DNA of 64,000 bases, from assembly GCA_964016885.1 (NCBI GenBank), contig OZ024740.1, forward strand, positions 224,440,001 to 224,504,000. The letters run 5' to 3'. Made by a program: the position numbers and the translations under genes. This DNA is from Eledone cirrhosa. Its lineage: Eukaryota. Shown piece after piece: positions 1-13,793 of this stretch. Positions within the stretch are counted from its first letter, which is position 1. Each line of letters begins with the position of its first letter. The notes beneath the pieces are model-generated. The model saw only the letters and a program-made list of their open reading frames with translations, did no database searches and was not told where the DNA came from.

Positions 1-49
1 CATGTTTGTAATGAAAATACTGCCAACGGTTTTTAAATAATTGTGAAAA

Positions 50-228
50 TAGGACAGATTTTACAGGCAAAACCAACCAGCAGGAGAACCTGGTGTAGGT
101 CACTGGGCTGATCTCGCTTGGGATGGTTGCTTCTGACAGGACCCACTGGAAGGAGTGTTTGAGGACTCTGACCCCATGACACTCTCAGGAAGAAGAAGAA
201 GAAGAAGAAGAAGAAGAAGAAGAAGAAA
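50..228 (+). mobile_element. Decayed 3' end of an RTE-type LINE with (GAA)n tail
   Basis: Shares GGACAGATTT(T)ACAGGCAAAACCA and GAAGGAGTGTTTGAGGAC with 50810-51085; ends in a (GAA)n run at about 189-228. Confidence 0.55.
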
Positions 229-329
229 TACAAGATTTACAGGAACAACCAGTAGGCTGTGAAATATTAAAACAAGAAGAACAACTACAACAATAATTCA
301 GAGAGGAAGACAGTAGCAATAATAATAAT

Positions 330-546
330 TATTTCTACTATAGGTAGAAGGCCAGCAATTTGAAGGGGGGGGGGGGTGTGATTAAATTGACATTAGTGTG
401 TTACTGGTATTTTATTTTATCAACACCGTCAGGATAAAAGGCGAAGCTAACCTCAGCAGGATTTGAAATCAGACCGTAAAAGGAGGCAACTCTATGCTGC
501 AAAGCATGGTGTCCAATGCTCTACCAATATTGCCAATCCACCACCC
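330..546 (-). mobile_element. tRNA-derived SINE, ATT-tailed family (Meta-domain-like), diverged copy
   Basis: Degenerate reverse complement of the family core GCCTTTCATCCTTACGGGGTCGATAAAATAAAGTACCAG; flanked by (AAT)n. Confidence 0.75.
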
Positions 547-1129
547 TGAATAATAATGATAATAGTAATGAGGGAGAAGAAGATGAAGATGATGATGATG
601 ATGAATTTAAGTAGATTTAATAAAACAATGTTTTCATTGTTATTTGGAACATAAATTAACAAAAATTCTTACATCAAATTATGATGGATAGATGATCGAT
701 AAATACACACCCTTTAAATCAAACAGTTTTGTATCATAGAACCAGGAGTATTTTGGGGTAGTTTGGTATAAAAAAGTTAGCATAGATACAAATGCCTATA
801 TACATGCAAACATACATATTTTTAATTAATTGAATTTTTATATCAATGCAATATATATTAATGTGTTTGCATACATAAACATATACAAGCAAGGATTTAT
901 ACATGCGAGCATATGTATATATTTACATATACCTTTATTTTCACATTAATATGAATATATTTCAATTTCATATTCACATAAATGATTAATGTTAACATTT
1001 TTTGGCATGCACATTTACATAAAATAGCCACTATGTTTTTAGATTACATCGAATAAAAGGGCTGAGAGGATCCTACAATCATGTCATGGTGCAACACATA
1101 TTTTGTATTTGTGCTCTATACAGTAAATG

Positions 1130-1545
1130 CAACCTGTACATTGTGTAAAATGGTTGGCTATAAGAAGGGCATACAAACATATAAAACTTGCCATATAAAG
1201 GGTTGGGTGGACACTTCAGTCATGTCAAGGACCTAATACCCTCACTAGTGCTGGTGATCTACACGATAAACACAGCCAGTAAATACTGTATAATGGTTTG
1301 TGATAGGAAAGGCATCCAGCTGTAGAAAGTTGCCAAACAAAGGGTTGGTAGGACTCAAAGACATGACAGCCTCTCTTGTGATGGTGCACTCTGTAGAATG
1401 TGAGACTATATATAAGCAAGATGCAGACTGTTGGCTTGTCTGGGAGGTTAGTAATCTTGCTTCAGTATTGACATGGTCTATGAAGACCTGTCCGACCATA
1501 GCTAGCGAGGAAAGCAGATGTTAAATGACGATAGTGATGATATTT
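1130..1545 (+). mobile_element. RTE 3'-tail-derived repeat fragments
   Basis: Contains GGAAAGGCATCCAGCTGTAGAAA and ends GATGTTAAATGACGATAGTGATGA, matching the RTE 3' UTR at 63590-63753. Confidence 0.6.
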
Positions 1546-1709
1546 TACAAAAACAAAACAAAAGCACCACTTAATTTCCTAGTTTAAATTTCTGAATGAG
1601 CTACAACACTTTCAGCAATTTTCTATCTTTTTGTCTCACACTTTTATGCTGACCAATACATTAGAGTTGATCGACAATTAATGCAGCTTCTTTTGTTATT
1701 TAAGACATT

Positions 1710-1772
1710 TCAGATGAAATCCAGTTGGCACTTCTCCAAGATTGACTTTGCTGAATTATACCCATCATGTAC
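1710..1772 (-). CDS. Putative terminal coding exon of an unidentified host gene (VHDGYNSAKSILEKCQLDFI*)
   Basis: Strong acceptor TTTTTTTGGTTTTGCCAG| on the minus strand, phase 0, 20 codons then TGA, in non-repetitive sequence; phase-compatible with exon 48857-48905. Confidence 0.5.
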   Translation of the reverse strand, partial: VHDGYNSAKSILEKCQLDFI

Positions 1773-2367
1773 CTGGCAAAACCAAAAAAACTTAAATTAA
1801 ATAATGAAAATAAAATAAACAATAAGAATAAGATATTCAATGAAATTGATGAGATAGTTGTTAGGGAAAATCTATAAATCGATAATACTACACAATCCAT
1901 GTCTCCTTGTCTACCTCTAATTTTTTCTCACTGCAACTTGCTGAAAGTCTAAGGTGAGAGAGAATAATAGATTTTACTTTACCTCTTTGTTCTTGATAGA
2001 AAAAGAAATAAATAGGTTTGTCAGTTAAAGTTGACTGTAATATCGAGAAAGTAAAATTACATAAGAGCTTTAAAAAAAATCCACCAATCTTCTCTATGTT
2101 CTACAAAATGAAGTACTACAGTGAAAATTATGCTACTGCAATATATAAAATGCACAACATGGGATATCGTTTTTGTTTCATTGTCATGTGTGGTAGGTGA
2201 AAAATGATGGCAACAATTTGTTAGGTGTCTGTGAAATGTTGAGCATGAAGAAACTAGACAGAAAATGATGAATCACACATATACAATCCGACACACACAC
2301 ATAGACATGTATATAATCTTTTCTCTTAATGTCCACCAATATTTCCATTCTTTCTTAATTCCCACTC

Positions 2368-2405
2368 TACTTACTGAAGAAGAATTTAGTCTGAAATGTC
2401 AAAAT
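2368..2405 (+). ncRNA. Degenerate minimal hammerhead ribozyme motif
   Basis: CTGAAGA (2374-2380), stem II AGA-atttag-TCT, GAAA, TGTC; stem I poorly paired. Confidence 0.35.
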
Positions 2406-2843
2406 TAACTATTTCCTAATTTAATGTTATTCTATCCCACTTGATGTTCGTTTTGTTGTGTTTTTCATTCGTTTTATAGATATTTATATCCAATTATTTT
2501 AAAAACTGGTGGGAAACTGTAAATTTGAAAATATAGTCACCAAATTGCAGATAACTATAACAATAGTAAATGAATATGATAAATATACATACATTTGGTA
2601 ATGTACCCCTGGTGACTGAAGAAATTGAACAGCTCTCATATTCCTGGTGAGCAAATTAATGTTTAGCTTATGAGTGATGTTATATTTGATTCACTGCAGG
2701 TATCAATGTCCACTTGTTTCCATCTCCAATGGTTCTTTACTCAATTTATTAAAGTATTATTATAGTTACCTTGTGGCAACAATATTCTAAAATTTCCCAA
2801 TGCTGTGTATGATAACTAAATCTTGTGCATGTACGTGTGCATG

Positions 2844-4320
2844 TTAGAATTGAGTTTGGCAGTGTCTGAGGGTGCGGCGATTTGTGCGGATTTGGGTGTG
2901 GTGCTTTAAGAAGGTCTGATTGTGTTTTTGTTGAAGATGCTGTTGTAGTAGATGGTGTCGTGCGAAATGTTTATTTAGAAGTTCGAAGAAAATATTCCCA
3001 ATTGGTGTGGTGACTTTGGCATTCTGAGGAGGATTGAACCGCGTTATGTTGAGTGAGCAATGACTCCACCTGCTAATTCTACTATTGGTGCTTGGGTAGT
3101 AGATACATTCTCCCTTAAATCTACGCTTTTTAAGGGCCTGGTGGTAGCACATGTTCCTTGAATATCCGCTCTTTTGCAGACAAGCATGATATACAGAGGG
3201 AGATATTCTTCACCAAATTTTTAGTTATATTTCTTGGGTGATTTGATTATCGGTGGATGTTATGTAAGTTTTCATTTGGTTTCTGGAAGGTGTAGTGTAG
3301 TTGGTTCTCCAAGTTTAGGGTTAAGTCCAAGAAGTAGGTACAGGTGATGGACGTCTGTAATGTAACCTTAAATCCTTATTCCTGGAAGAACTTAATGAGG
3401 TGTTTGTGAACCTGGTCCGTGCTACTGGGGTTGTATCTGGTAAGAGTTACAAGCCCATCATCTCTGTCAGTCCCCCTCCGAGTGTAGGAAGCCTTTCTAT
3501 AAGACTCTGGAGTATGTACAGGCCTACCAGATCTGTAACCTCTGCTGAGTTGATTGCTCCCATACTAACATCTAAGGGTGTATCTGGGGCCCTTTTTATC
3601 CAGGTGGAATTTTCAAAAAGCAAGACTGTCTTCTTAGTGTGGTGAATTATGTTGATTTCCTGGTTACCCGTGGGTGTTACAGTTCTGACATAATCTATTG
3701 CAGCCTTTAAGAGTGGTTTAGTTATAAAAGAATAGTAATTCTCGATGTCAAACAGCATAAACGTAGTATTCTTTTTTCTGCGATACTTTATGTACTATTC
3801 CATAGGCTGATTGATGCTTGTTGCCAGTTGTTGCTTAACTTAGGGTATAATTTTATCCAGGATCCTTTTACTTATCTTCTGTATGTATGACTTCGTTGGG
3901 TTTATGAGCCAGATGTTAGGATTGTGATTGAATCTGCTAATGGCCCTTGAGGGTGAAATAAGAAACTCGTGGGTTAATGGGTTTTGTTCAATCTGAATTA
4001 CTGAGCCTGGAGGTAATTTTTCATCCCTCTGCATTTATCACCTGGATCATACAAGTTGACCAGGCAAATAGATTTGAAGACACATACAGTTACATATATA
4101 TAAACTATCACTAAGCCAGGTATCTATAGATACAACCACCTTCAACGAAAAAAAAAACTTTTCTCAAAAACTTTTACAATTGGATAAACAATATATATTT
4201 GGACAAATTACTCCTCCTGATGATACAGCCAGTTAACCATGAAGGCTTTCCGCAATCAGTCTGGAACTGGCTGTTGAAACAGCAAGAGCTCAGCCATCTG
4301 GGTACTGACTTTTAATAATA
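2844..4320 (-). mobile_element. Penelope-like retroelement, decayed RT, with inverted pseudo-LTR at about 4040-4320
   Basis: Frameshifted peptides LINPTKSYIQKISKRILDKI, FDIENYYSFIT, LDVSMGAINSAEVTDLVGLYIL and FNPPQNAKVTTPIGNIFFELLNKHF resemble PLE RT/linker motifs; a plus-strand hammerhead lies at its 5' side. Confidence 0.85.
4211..4289 (+). ncRNA. Type I hammerhead ribozyme in PLE pseudo-LTR (cleavage triplet mutated)
   Basis: CTGATGA (4217-4223), 10-bp stem II ACAGCCAGTT/AACTGGCTGT, GAAAC (4276-4280), then A-GCA instead of an NUH triplet. Confidence 0.65.
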
Positions 4321-4349
4321 TATATATATTATGTTGGATATAATAGACA

Positions 4350-4620
4350 CTCTTCAGTCACACATTAACATGGTTTTGCACCTAGAAACATGCCCTCCAA
4401 GGCACAAGCCTGTGCCCATGCATGTCAGTCTCCCCTCACCATATCACCAACATTTTCCAAGAGAGAGGCAATGTTTGATACAGTTTGACACCAGTGACAT
4501 ACAATTAATATAAAATAAAGTGTTTTGCTCAAGAGCCCAACGCACTGCCAGTTCGGGATTCAAACTCACAACCTATGGTTTTGATCACAATACTCTAACT
4601 ACTAAGCTATGTGCCTTCAT
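4350..4620 (-). mobile_element. tRNA-derived CORE-type SINE, diverged
   Basis: Reverse complement has an A-box-like GCTTAGTAGTTAGAGT, a B-box-like GAGTTTGAATCCC and CTTGAGCAAAACACTTTATTT as in 10965-11287. Confidence 0.65.
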
Positions 4621-4697
4621 ATAATATATAAAAGTATAAATGTATATTATTTGTGTGTGTATATGTATATATATATATACACTAATATGCAGCCATT

Positions 4698-4739
<42 letters not shown>

Positions 4740-5369
4740 CACATAATAACATGCAAGTAAATATGTTACAAATTAAGACATCTCGGTAAATGTGTATCAG
4801 TTCTTGTATGTGTGAATAAAATACACATACACATTCTCTCTCGCAAACACACACACACACATATCCCACATACAACAGAGAGAGAGACATAGTACATATA
4901 TAAGAACACATACACATGCATGTATTTGCATGTACACATGCTCAAACCCAGTTCTCATCCTCACAAATGCCTATATTTGCTTTGCCTGTTAACAATATTA
5001 ACATGCACATATGAACAAACAAATCTAGCTATTAAAATGCATACTTGTATTTTACACACACAATATATATATATATATATATTTCTACTCATTATATTAT
5101 ATCTTCCATTTTGTATGTTTGTATCTGTACATGTTATTTTATGGGGAAAAAAAAGAGTAAAGAAAAGAAAAATATAATAATAATAAGCAAAGAGGGGAAA
5201 ATGGTAAAGCATCTTCCAAGCATATTGTGTTGGAGGTGATGTGGCAGAATCAATTCTTCTTGTCTGCCTTTTATACACTTCACTGAGCTATTCAATGTTA
5301 GCTTTCTACAAGACTGGATGGACCAGCTACAGTTTTCTAATGCCTTTTTACCAGCCACTACTAGCCCCA

Positions 5370-7590
5370 AACATCACGACCACAACCACCACCATCACTA
5401 GCACCACCACCATCACCACCACCACCAGCACCATTACCATGACACCCACTATCACTGCAACAACAACTAATACCAACACCACCAGCACCAGCACCATCAC
5501 CACCACCAGCACCACCACCACCATCACCACCACCATCACCACCACGATGGCACCCACTATCACTTCAACAACAACTAATACCAACACCACCAGCACCACC
5601 ACCATCATCAACACCACCACCATCACCACCACCATCATCACCACCACCACCAGCATCACCACCACCATCACCACCACGATGGCACCCACTATCACTTCAA
5701 CAACAACTAATACCAACACCACCAGCACCACCACCATCACCACCACCACCATCAACACCACCACCATCACCACCACCACCATCGCCACCACCACCACCAC
5801 CATCACGATGACACCCACTATCACTGCAACAACAACTAATAGCAACACCACCATCACCACCACCATCACTACCACCACCATCACCACCATCACGATGACA
5901 CCCACTATCACTGCAACAACAACAACTAATACCACAACCACCTCCTCTACCTTCATAGCCAAGCTTCAACAACCACCACTACCACATATAACTATGATCT
6001 CCATTACCACTGCAACAACATCAACCTATACCACCATCATCAACAGCAGTACCATCACCACCAACACTAGCCCACAAGTAAAACTATAACAACGACCAAC
6101 ACCACCAACGCAACAACAACAACGACAACAATATATGTATATACCATTAGCAGCACCAGTGCTAAGCCCCCCCCCCCATTAATGCCATGCCCACTACCAC
6201 CACCACCACCACCACAAACAACAACAACACCAACAATGTCATCACTACAATAATCATCAGTACTACCACCACCTTTCTATCTATACCCTCCACAACCATC
6301 AGTACCATTCATTCCATCAATACCAACTCCATTATTACTAAGGTAACTAACCATCACCATTTATCCCACTATCATCACCACCAATACCAAACAGACTATC
6401 AACACTTTTTACATAATTGCCACCAACATCAGCCACACCACCACCAACACCATCATCACAAACATCACTTAGACCTCAGCACCACCATCTCCACCACCAT
6501 GTCCACCACCACCACCACCACCACCACAACCATCACTGCTAACATCAGCACCACCATCTTCACCACCATATCCACCACCACATAACCCACCACCACCACC
6601 ACCACCACAACCATCACTGCTAACATCAGCACCACCATCTCCACCACCATCTCCACCACCACATAACCCAACATCATGTTCACCACCACCACCACCACCA
6701 CTATCACTACTTCCATAACCACCACCACCACCACCACCACCACAACCATCACTGCTAACATCAGCACCACCATCTCCACCACCATATCCACAACCATATC
6801 AGCCACCATCACTTTCACCAATACTAATATCACCATTACTACTACCACCAACATCACTACCTACTCCATTACCACCAACATCACCATCACCACTAACACC
6901 CCCCCCCCCCCCACTACCACCACTAACATTCTCACCACTACCACTACTGCCACCAATAACATTCTCACCACCACCACCACCATTACTACCACCACTACTA
7001 CCCCCAACGTCACCACTATTACCACCACTACTACTACCATCAACACCACCATCACCAACACCACTACCACCACCACTACTACCACTACCACTAATGTTGC
7101 CTGCTGCCAGCAGTGGAAATTTCAAATTTATTTAAATATTTATTCATTTTCTGTTATTCCCACTTGCCATCACCCACACCACACACACACACACTTCCCG
7201 CCACCACCCCACCACCACAACCACCCACAACCACCATAAGCACAACTATAATCAACAACGAAACCACCACCAAACACCACTACTACCACCCACCATCACT
7301 TTCACCACCAACACCACCACCACTACCACCACCCACCATCACTTTCACTGCCAACACCACTACCACCACTACCACCACCCACCATTTCTTTTACCACCAA
7401 CACCACCAATACCACTACATCCACTAGCACCTCCACCACCACAATATCACCCGCCATCACTTCCATCATCAACACCACCACCACTTCCACCACCACCGCC
7501 ACTACCCATACCATCACCACCACAAACACCACCTCTACCACCTCTACCACCAGCACAACCCCCACTACTACTACTACCACTACTACAAGT
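5370..7590. repeat. (ACC)/(ATC)/(ACT) cryptic trinucleotide repeat with higher-order units
   Basis: About 2.2 kb of ACC-rich triplets with recurring ATG(G/A)CACCCACTATCACT(T/G)CAACAACAACTAAT and ATCACTGCTAACATCAGCACC blocks. Confidence 0.9.
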
Positions 7591-7951
7591 CATATGCTTC
7601 CTTCTGTTTATTTATATTTTTACTTATTGTAAATCTTGAATCTTGAGTATATTTATTTATTATTTTTTTCTTAGATTTCATTGTTTTTATTTGATTTTCT
7701 TTTCATTCTTCTCTCCTGTATCCCAAACACTTACACCCCTCTGTCCATACTGTGGAACATTCCATTTTGTACTTTTATATATTATTATTTTTTTTCTCTT
7801 TTGGCTGGCTTTTTGGGAGGCTTTTTCTGGTGGCAAAGGGGGGGGGGGTTCACTTCATTTTAATGCACAGAAGCTTACCTTCCTCCTGTCGCGTTTCTTA
7901 TATTCTTTCCCTCTTTCTTCTTCTATATACATACGTGCACATACACTCACG

Positions 7952-7987
<36 letters not shown>

Positions 7988-8108
7988 CACACGCACGCAT
8001 ATATATATATACTCATATATGGATGTAAGTACAGTGAGTGTGTTCTGTTATTAATTCTGGCAATATTATTACACAAATATGACCCTCCCCAAGTATACAT
8101 ATATTTAC

Positions 8109-8187
<79 letters not shown>

Positions 8188-8400
8188 CATGTGTGTGTAT
8201 ATGTATATAGACACATACTTTATTTAATTCTTTCTTTCTTTCATGCTTCTATGTTCAATTTATATTCTATTTCATATGCTAGAGCTACAGAGTTTTCCTA
8301 AGATTTTAACTGCATTTTGTTTAGTTGTATTATGGTTCCCCTTGTCATGGCCAATAGCTGACAGGCTGGGTGGCTCTGTGTGTAATAGCTACTGGAGACA

Positions 8401-9242
8401 GATGACACCCTTACTATACAGAAGATTATTGTATGTGTGTATGTATGTATATATGTGTATTTTTGTATGTACATAGGTTTGTATGTTTGTGTATATGTAT
8501 GTATATATGTGTATTTTTGTATGTACATAGGTTTGTATGTTTGTGTGTATGTATGTATTTATGTATGTATGTTTAAAATGTATGCATGTATGCATGCTTA
8601 CATAAATACATGCATAAACACCTACATACATTAACAAATACATACATACATATGTACATATATACATACATACATATGTACATATATATGTACATATATA
8701 CATACATATATAATACATACATAATACATACATATATATAATACATATATATATATCATACATATATATATAAATGAATTAGGAGGAAATGTAGAAATGT
8801 AAAGATGTAAAAACACAGCAGCTCACTGATTGGAAAATGAAGAATATGAAGAAAAAAGCAAAAGCAAGAACGAAAAAAAAAAGCAAATGGATGGAGATGG
8901 CTGATGAGGGGGATGTGAAATTGAAGAATAAACTTTGAAGAAACAATTGGAAGTAAAATAAAAAAAATATAGTGGCAGAAAAAGATACTGGTCATGGAAA
9001 TATATGCAGTCATACAGAAAGCATTATATGACACATTATATGACACAAGTGGTGGTGGATAGGCAGTATCGGTAGAGGGTCGGGCGCCATGCTTTGACGC
9101 ATAGAGTTACGGCCCTTGCCATTCTGAGTTCAAATCCCGCCGAGGTTAACTTTGCCTTTCAACCTTACGGGGTCGATAAAATAAAGTACCAGTAATACAC
9201 TGGTTAATTTACTGGCCTTGTGCCAAAACTAGAAACAATTAT
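8401..9242 (+). repeat. Copy 1 of a local inverted duplication (partner 15006-15736)
   Basis: Near-identical reverse complement of 15006-15736; the paired ORFs 8756..9046(-) and 15201..15470(+) both begin MSYNVSYN. Confidence 0.92.
9049..9242 (+). mobile_element. ATT-tailed tRNA-derived SINE (Meta-domain-like), full length
   Basis: GGCAGTATCGGTAGAG (A-box-like), GAGTTCAAATCCC (B box), core GCCTTTCAACCTTACGGGGTCGATAAAATAAAGTACCAG, tail GGCCTTGTGCCAAAACTAGAAACAATTAT. Confidence 0.85.
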
Positions 9243-9544
9243 ATGACACATGCATAGACATATCTTTGCACACACAAATAAACTTATAATTGCACACCTA
9301 GACATAAAAAGAACACACATAGCCAGAAAAAGTGTGTGGATGTACCCACATATACACACTTGTGTGTGTCTGCATATATATGTGTGTGTGTGTATATATA
9401 TATAAGTGTGTGTGTGTGTATGTATGTATGTACATATATATGTCTGTGTGTATATATACACGCACACATATATGAATGTATATATATTTATAAATATATA
9501 TATATAAATATTTACACATACACCAATTAAACAAAGCCACAGGT

Positions 9545-9547
9545 ATA

Positions 9548-9597
<50 letters not shown>

Positions 9598-9611
9598 TAT
9601 ATATATTACTC

Positions 9612-9644
<33 letters not shown>

Positions 9645-9693
9645 TATATAAACTATATATTTACGTCTGCTTTTCTGCTTGCAAGGGTGGGAC

Positions 9694-9765
<72 letters not shown>

Positions 9766-9806
9766 TATATAATATATATATATGTATATAGATATAGATA
9801 TATATG

Positions 9807-9892
<86 letters not shown>

Positions 9893-10170
9893 CATATGTG
9901 CATGTGTGTATGTGTGTAATGTGTTTAAAGCCGCCATGCACTAGGCTATGCTAAAGGAGAGAAGAAAAGCCAGCATGGGAAATGACACAAACAACAATAA
10001 CTAAAACAACTATACAGATGTTATATTGCTTAAACCGTTTTCTCTATTTCTTTTCCTTACTTCACAGAATAATTTAATTGTTTTTTTCTTCGATTTACAT
10101 GGCTTTGTTTCATTATTTTCATGCCATCTCTATATATATATTATTAGTATATTAAATACATATGTATATA

Positions 10171-10245
<75 letters not shown>

Positions 10246-10274
10246 ATCTATATATATATGTATGTATATGTATA

Positions 10275-10307
<33 letters not shown>

Positions 10308-10416
10308 GTATATATATATATACATATATATATGTATATATATGTATGTATATATATATATATGTATATATATATATGTATATATATGTATGTATACATA
10401 TATATGTATGTATATG

Positions 10417-10447
<31 letters not shown>

Positions 10448-10496
10448 GTATGTATATATATATATATATATATATATCAATGTGTGAGTATACACA

Positions 10497-10587
<91 letters not shown>

Positions 10588-10590
10588 GTA
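9545..10590. repeat. (TA)n/(TATG)n microsatellite field with short inserts
   Basis: Direct sequence; similar fields at 8100-8190, 13205-13295, 14525-14620, 29480-29640 and 36140-36430. Confidence 0.95.
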
Positions 10591-10599
10591 TGTTGATGC

Positions 10600-10910
10600 A
10601 GCATGACCGGAAGGTTAAGAAGTTTGTTTCGCAATTGTTATGTCTTGTGTTTAATCCCACTGTGTGACATCTTGCACAAGACTCATTTATGAAAGCCCTC
10701 AGTTCACTGAAACCATGTGAGTGAAATAGGGTAGAATGAAACTGTTTGGAAGCTCACTGTATGCGATGTACCTGTAATTCAATAGACAAGCTTTGTCACA
10801 TGCTGTGTCACACTGAATCATCTTAAGAATTATGTTTCGGGTACTAGTGTCTGTGAACTGTTCAATGATTCTTTTCAACAAATAAATGTCACATTCATCG
10901 TCGAAACAGA
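10600..10910 (+). mobile_element. Older CORE-like SINE family member
   Basis: Degenerate tRNA head and a tail TCACACTGAATCATCTTAAGAATTATG...GTGTCTGTG resembling 19540-19890 and 23735-24050. Confidence 0.55.
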
Positions 10911-10964
10911 TGGATGCCCATTCCATATGCATGAATATGTGTTTGTATATATATATATATATGT

Positions 10965-11287
10965 GCACATGGCTTAGTGGTTAGAGCATTGGCCTTGCAG
11001 TTGAAAGGTTGTGAGTTCAATTCTCAGACCGGGTGATGTATTGTTTCCTTGAGCAAGACACTTTATTTCACATTGCTCCAGTTTACTCAGCTGTAGAAAT
11101 GAGATGATAGGGACTGGGGTTCATATCATTCCACTGCAAAGTGGTCGTGGAGGTGCCACGGCAAAAAAGCACCCAGCACTCACTGTAAATGAGGTTGGTG
11201 TTAGGAAGGGCATCCAGCTGTAGAAATCAAGCCAGAATCAGTTCCCGTCCCACCCTTGCAAGCAGGGAAAAGCGGACATAAAATGAT
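10965..11287 (+). mobile_element. CORE-SINE with RTE-derived 3' tail
   Basis: TGGCTTAGTGGTTAGAGC (A box), GAGTTCAATTC (B box), CORE-like CCTTGAGCAAGACACTTTATTTCACATTGCTCCAGTTTACTCAGCTGT, then GGTTGGTGTTAGGAAGGGCATCCAGCTGTAGAAA shared with the RTE 3' UTR. Confidence 0.85.
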
Positions 11288-11299
11288 AAAAAATATATA

Positions 11300-11373
<74 letters not shown>

Positions 11374-11667
11374 TAAACAGGATAGAAAATGCTGACAAAT
11401 TGTTCACAATGAAAAATAGTTTAATTAGGAATAAGTGAGAATTCATAATAGTATTGGCTAGTATTCAGTTTTAGTTTTAAGTTTTACCGGTTGCGTATTT
11501 CTAATGCTTTTCAAAAATAATTTTGAGATAGATCGTCCGTGATGTTTGCTCTGATCTGATTAGTTTTGGGAATTCTACCTGTTTTTATGTTAAAAAAGTG
11601 GCTCCAACGGTATTTAAATAAGTTTTGCGCCAATTCGTGTTGCAAAAATTCTTGTGGAATATATTCT

Positions 11668-11705
<38 letters not shown>

Positions 11706-11743
11706 ATATTAATAAATGGAAAGTATATTTATAAAACCATAAT

Positions 11744-11808
11744 TATTTTATTTTATATATTTCAAGGGCAACCAATGCAATTTTGGTGCACTTTCATCAG
11801 ATAAAATA
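11744..11808 (-). ncRNA. Type I hammerhead ribozyme, family A copy (triplet AAA, probably inactive)
   Basis: Minus strand: TATTTTAT-CTGATGA-AAGTGCACCAA..TTGGTTGCCCTT-GAAA-TATATAAA-ATAAAATA; downstream tail shared with the 16992 and 51299 copies. Confidence 0.7.
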
Positions 11809-12439
11809 CAAAATATGTTTTATAAATGTTGACATACCCATAGAAAAACAAATTTGATGGTTGAAGGTTCTCTGGATAAGGTACACTATCCAGAGAAGCT
11901 CCCACCGTCAACTTTTAAGCTTGTTGAATCCCAACAAATTAAATATAACTTCTGCATATATATATATATATCATCATTTTACGTCCATTTTTCCACGCTG
12001 GCATGGTTTAGATGAGTTGTTCTGTTCTGGGCAATGTTAGGTCAGGTGACCATTTCTTGCCCATACAGAACTGATTTTAGTTTGGTTCCTACAGCTGGAT
12101 GCCCTTCCTAATGCCAACCTCTTTTACAGTGAATACTTGGTACTTTTCATTGTTGTACCTCCACGACCACTTTACAGTGTGACCTGGGTGATTTTTATTG
12201 TGACACCTACACAATGACTGTGCACTGTCCTTTTGAGAAATTATGGGAGAGTGGGGTGGTGCATAATGTATATACGCTTCAGCTTAGAGCCTGTTCCCTT
12301 GGGATGTCAGAGCTTCTGTATTACTATATAGCGCCAAAGATCTAGACATTGTGTCATTGCCTTTGAAAGGTGTAATTGGGCAAGGTCAGCTTATATCACT
12401 TCATCCCCTGTCTTCCTGAGCCTCCCCACTCTAAGGCTT

Positions 12440-12491
<52 letters not shown>

Positions 12492-12660
12492 ATGAGAGGT
12501 ATACAAATATATGTGTATACATACATATATATGTATATATAAACATATATTTTTCACAAGTATGTAAGATTGTATGTTGTCGACCTTAACCAGTGTTACT
12601 CTATGATTATGAGAGACAAAATAATCGAAATAATTAAATTGACACAATATCACAGTTATG

Positions 12661-13198
12661 TAAAATATTATAAAAAGGAATAATAGATACAATATACTTA
12701 TTTTTTCCCCTTTAGTCCCGACTGTACAGTATATGTTTATATATACATGTATATGTATGTATACACATATATTTGTATACCTCTCATTATTGTCTCTAAC
12801 TCCCTCACGGTAGAGTAACCACGGAAGTATAGTGACTGCTTTCAAGCAAACACTATATACACTTCTAGTCAATCTTACCACCATTCTGTAGCCTCTGTAT
12901 CATATCAATATCTCCCTCCGCCTTCTGAGATATTTTCACTGCTACAAGGGATTAATCCCCTTTCTTGACCGGTGTATCACGTGATAGAGTCTCCCTCCGC
13001 CCTTCTGAGATTTTCTGGCATGCTACGGACGTATGTAGTTAGGGCTCTTCCCTGAGGTGCTCCCTTGATAAGCTGGCTTACCTCACAACAATATTACATA
13101 TCTATGATATAACATTTTTGCATAGTGACCAGCGAAACTGTACAGTCGGGACTTAAGGAAAAAAAATAGGTATATTGTATCTATTATTCCTTTTTATA

Positions 13199-13206
<8 letters not shown>
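12661..13206. mobile_element. ORF-less PLE-like element bounded by about 70-bp inverted repeats (12661-12730 / 13137-13206)
   Basis: ACTGTACAGTCGGGACT..TATATTGTATCTATTATTCCTTTTTATAA is present in both orientations; the right arm runs into (TA)n. Confidence 0.65.
13061..13151 (+). ncRNA. Degenerate type I hammerhead ribozyme
   Basis: Stem I TCCC/GGGA, core TTGATAA (2 changes from CTGATGA), stem II GCTGG/CCAGC, GAAAC-TGTACA-GTC with palindromic stem III ACTGTACAGT. Confidence 0.6.
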
Positions 13207-13290
<84 letters not shown>

Positions 13291-13747
13291 TATACAGGTG
13301 TGAAACTAATAAGGGTTTGTGTTTTTGGTCTTGTTCATTCTTGAAATGTATATTTATTTAAACTCAAAGAGCGAAATTCTTAGAGTATGTTTCCATCCCA
13401 AAAGCCAACTACTAAATTAAAATTCAATTGTTTGTCAACCACTTTAATTTGATTTATATATATTCTTAATATCTTTTCTTTATCTTTATTTTCCCACCCC
13501 TACATAATAATACATGGTCTGTATTAGGATTCGAAAACATAGGTAAACATTTTGTTCCATGTATGAATATAAATAATATATATATCATCATCATCATTAC
13601 CATCACCTTTTAACATCCATTTTTTCCACACTAGAATGGGCTAAATGAGTTGTCCTGTGGTGGGCAATGCCTGGTTAGGTGATCATGTATTGCTCATACA
13701 GAACTGATTTGGGGCTTGATTTCTACATCTGGATGCCCTTCCTAATG

Positions 13748-13793
<46 letters not shown>

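Noticed and set aside
5241-7580. Thr-rich and Val-rich ORFs as mucin or membrane protein genes
   Set aside because: Open frames on both strands follow from ACC triplet repeats; frames shift and stop along the array; non-ATG start and no convincing splice structure.
8899-8930. CTGATGA...GAAA as a hammerhead (and its mirror at about 15325-15347)
   Set aside because: The intervening GGGGGATGT cannot form stem II and no NUH with stem I follows.
9049-9145. tRNA genes at SINE heads
   Set aside because: A/B boxes are present but there is no complete cloverleaf, and each continues into a SINE core and tail.
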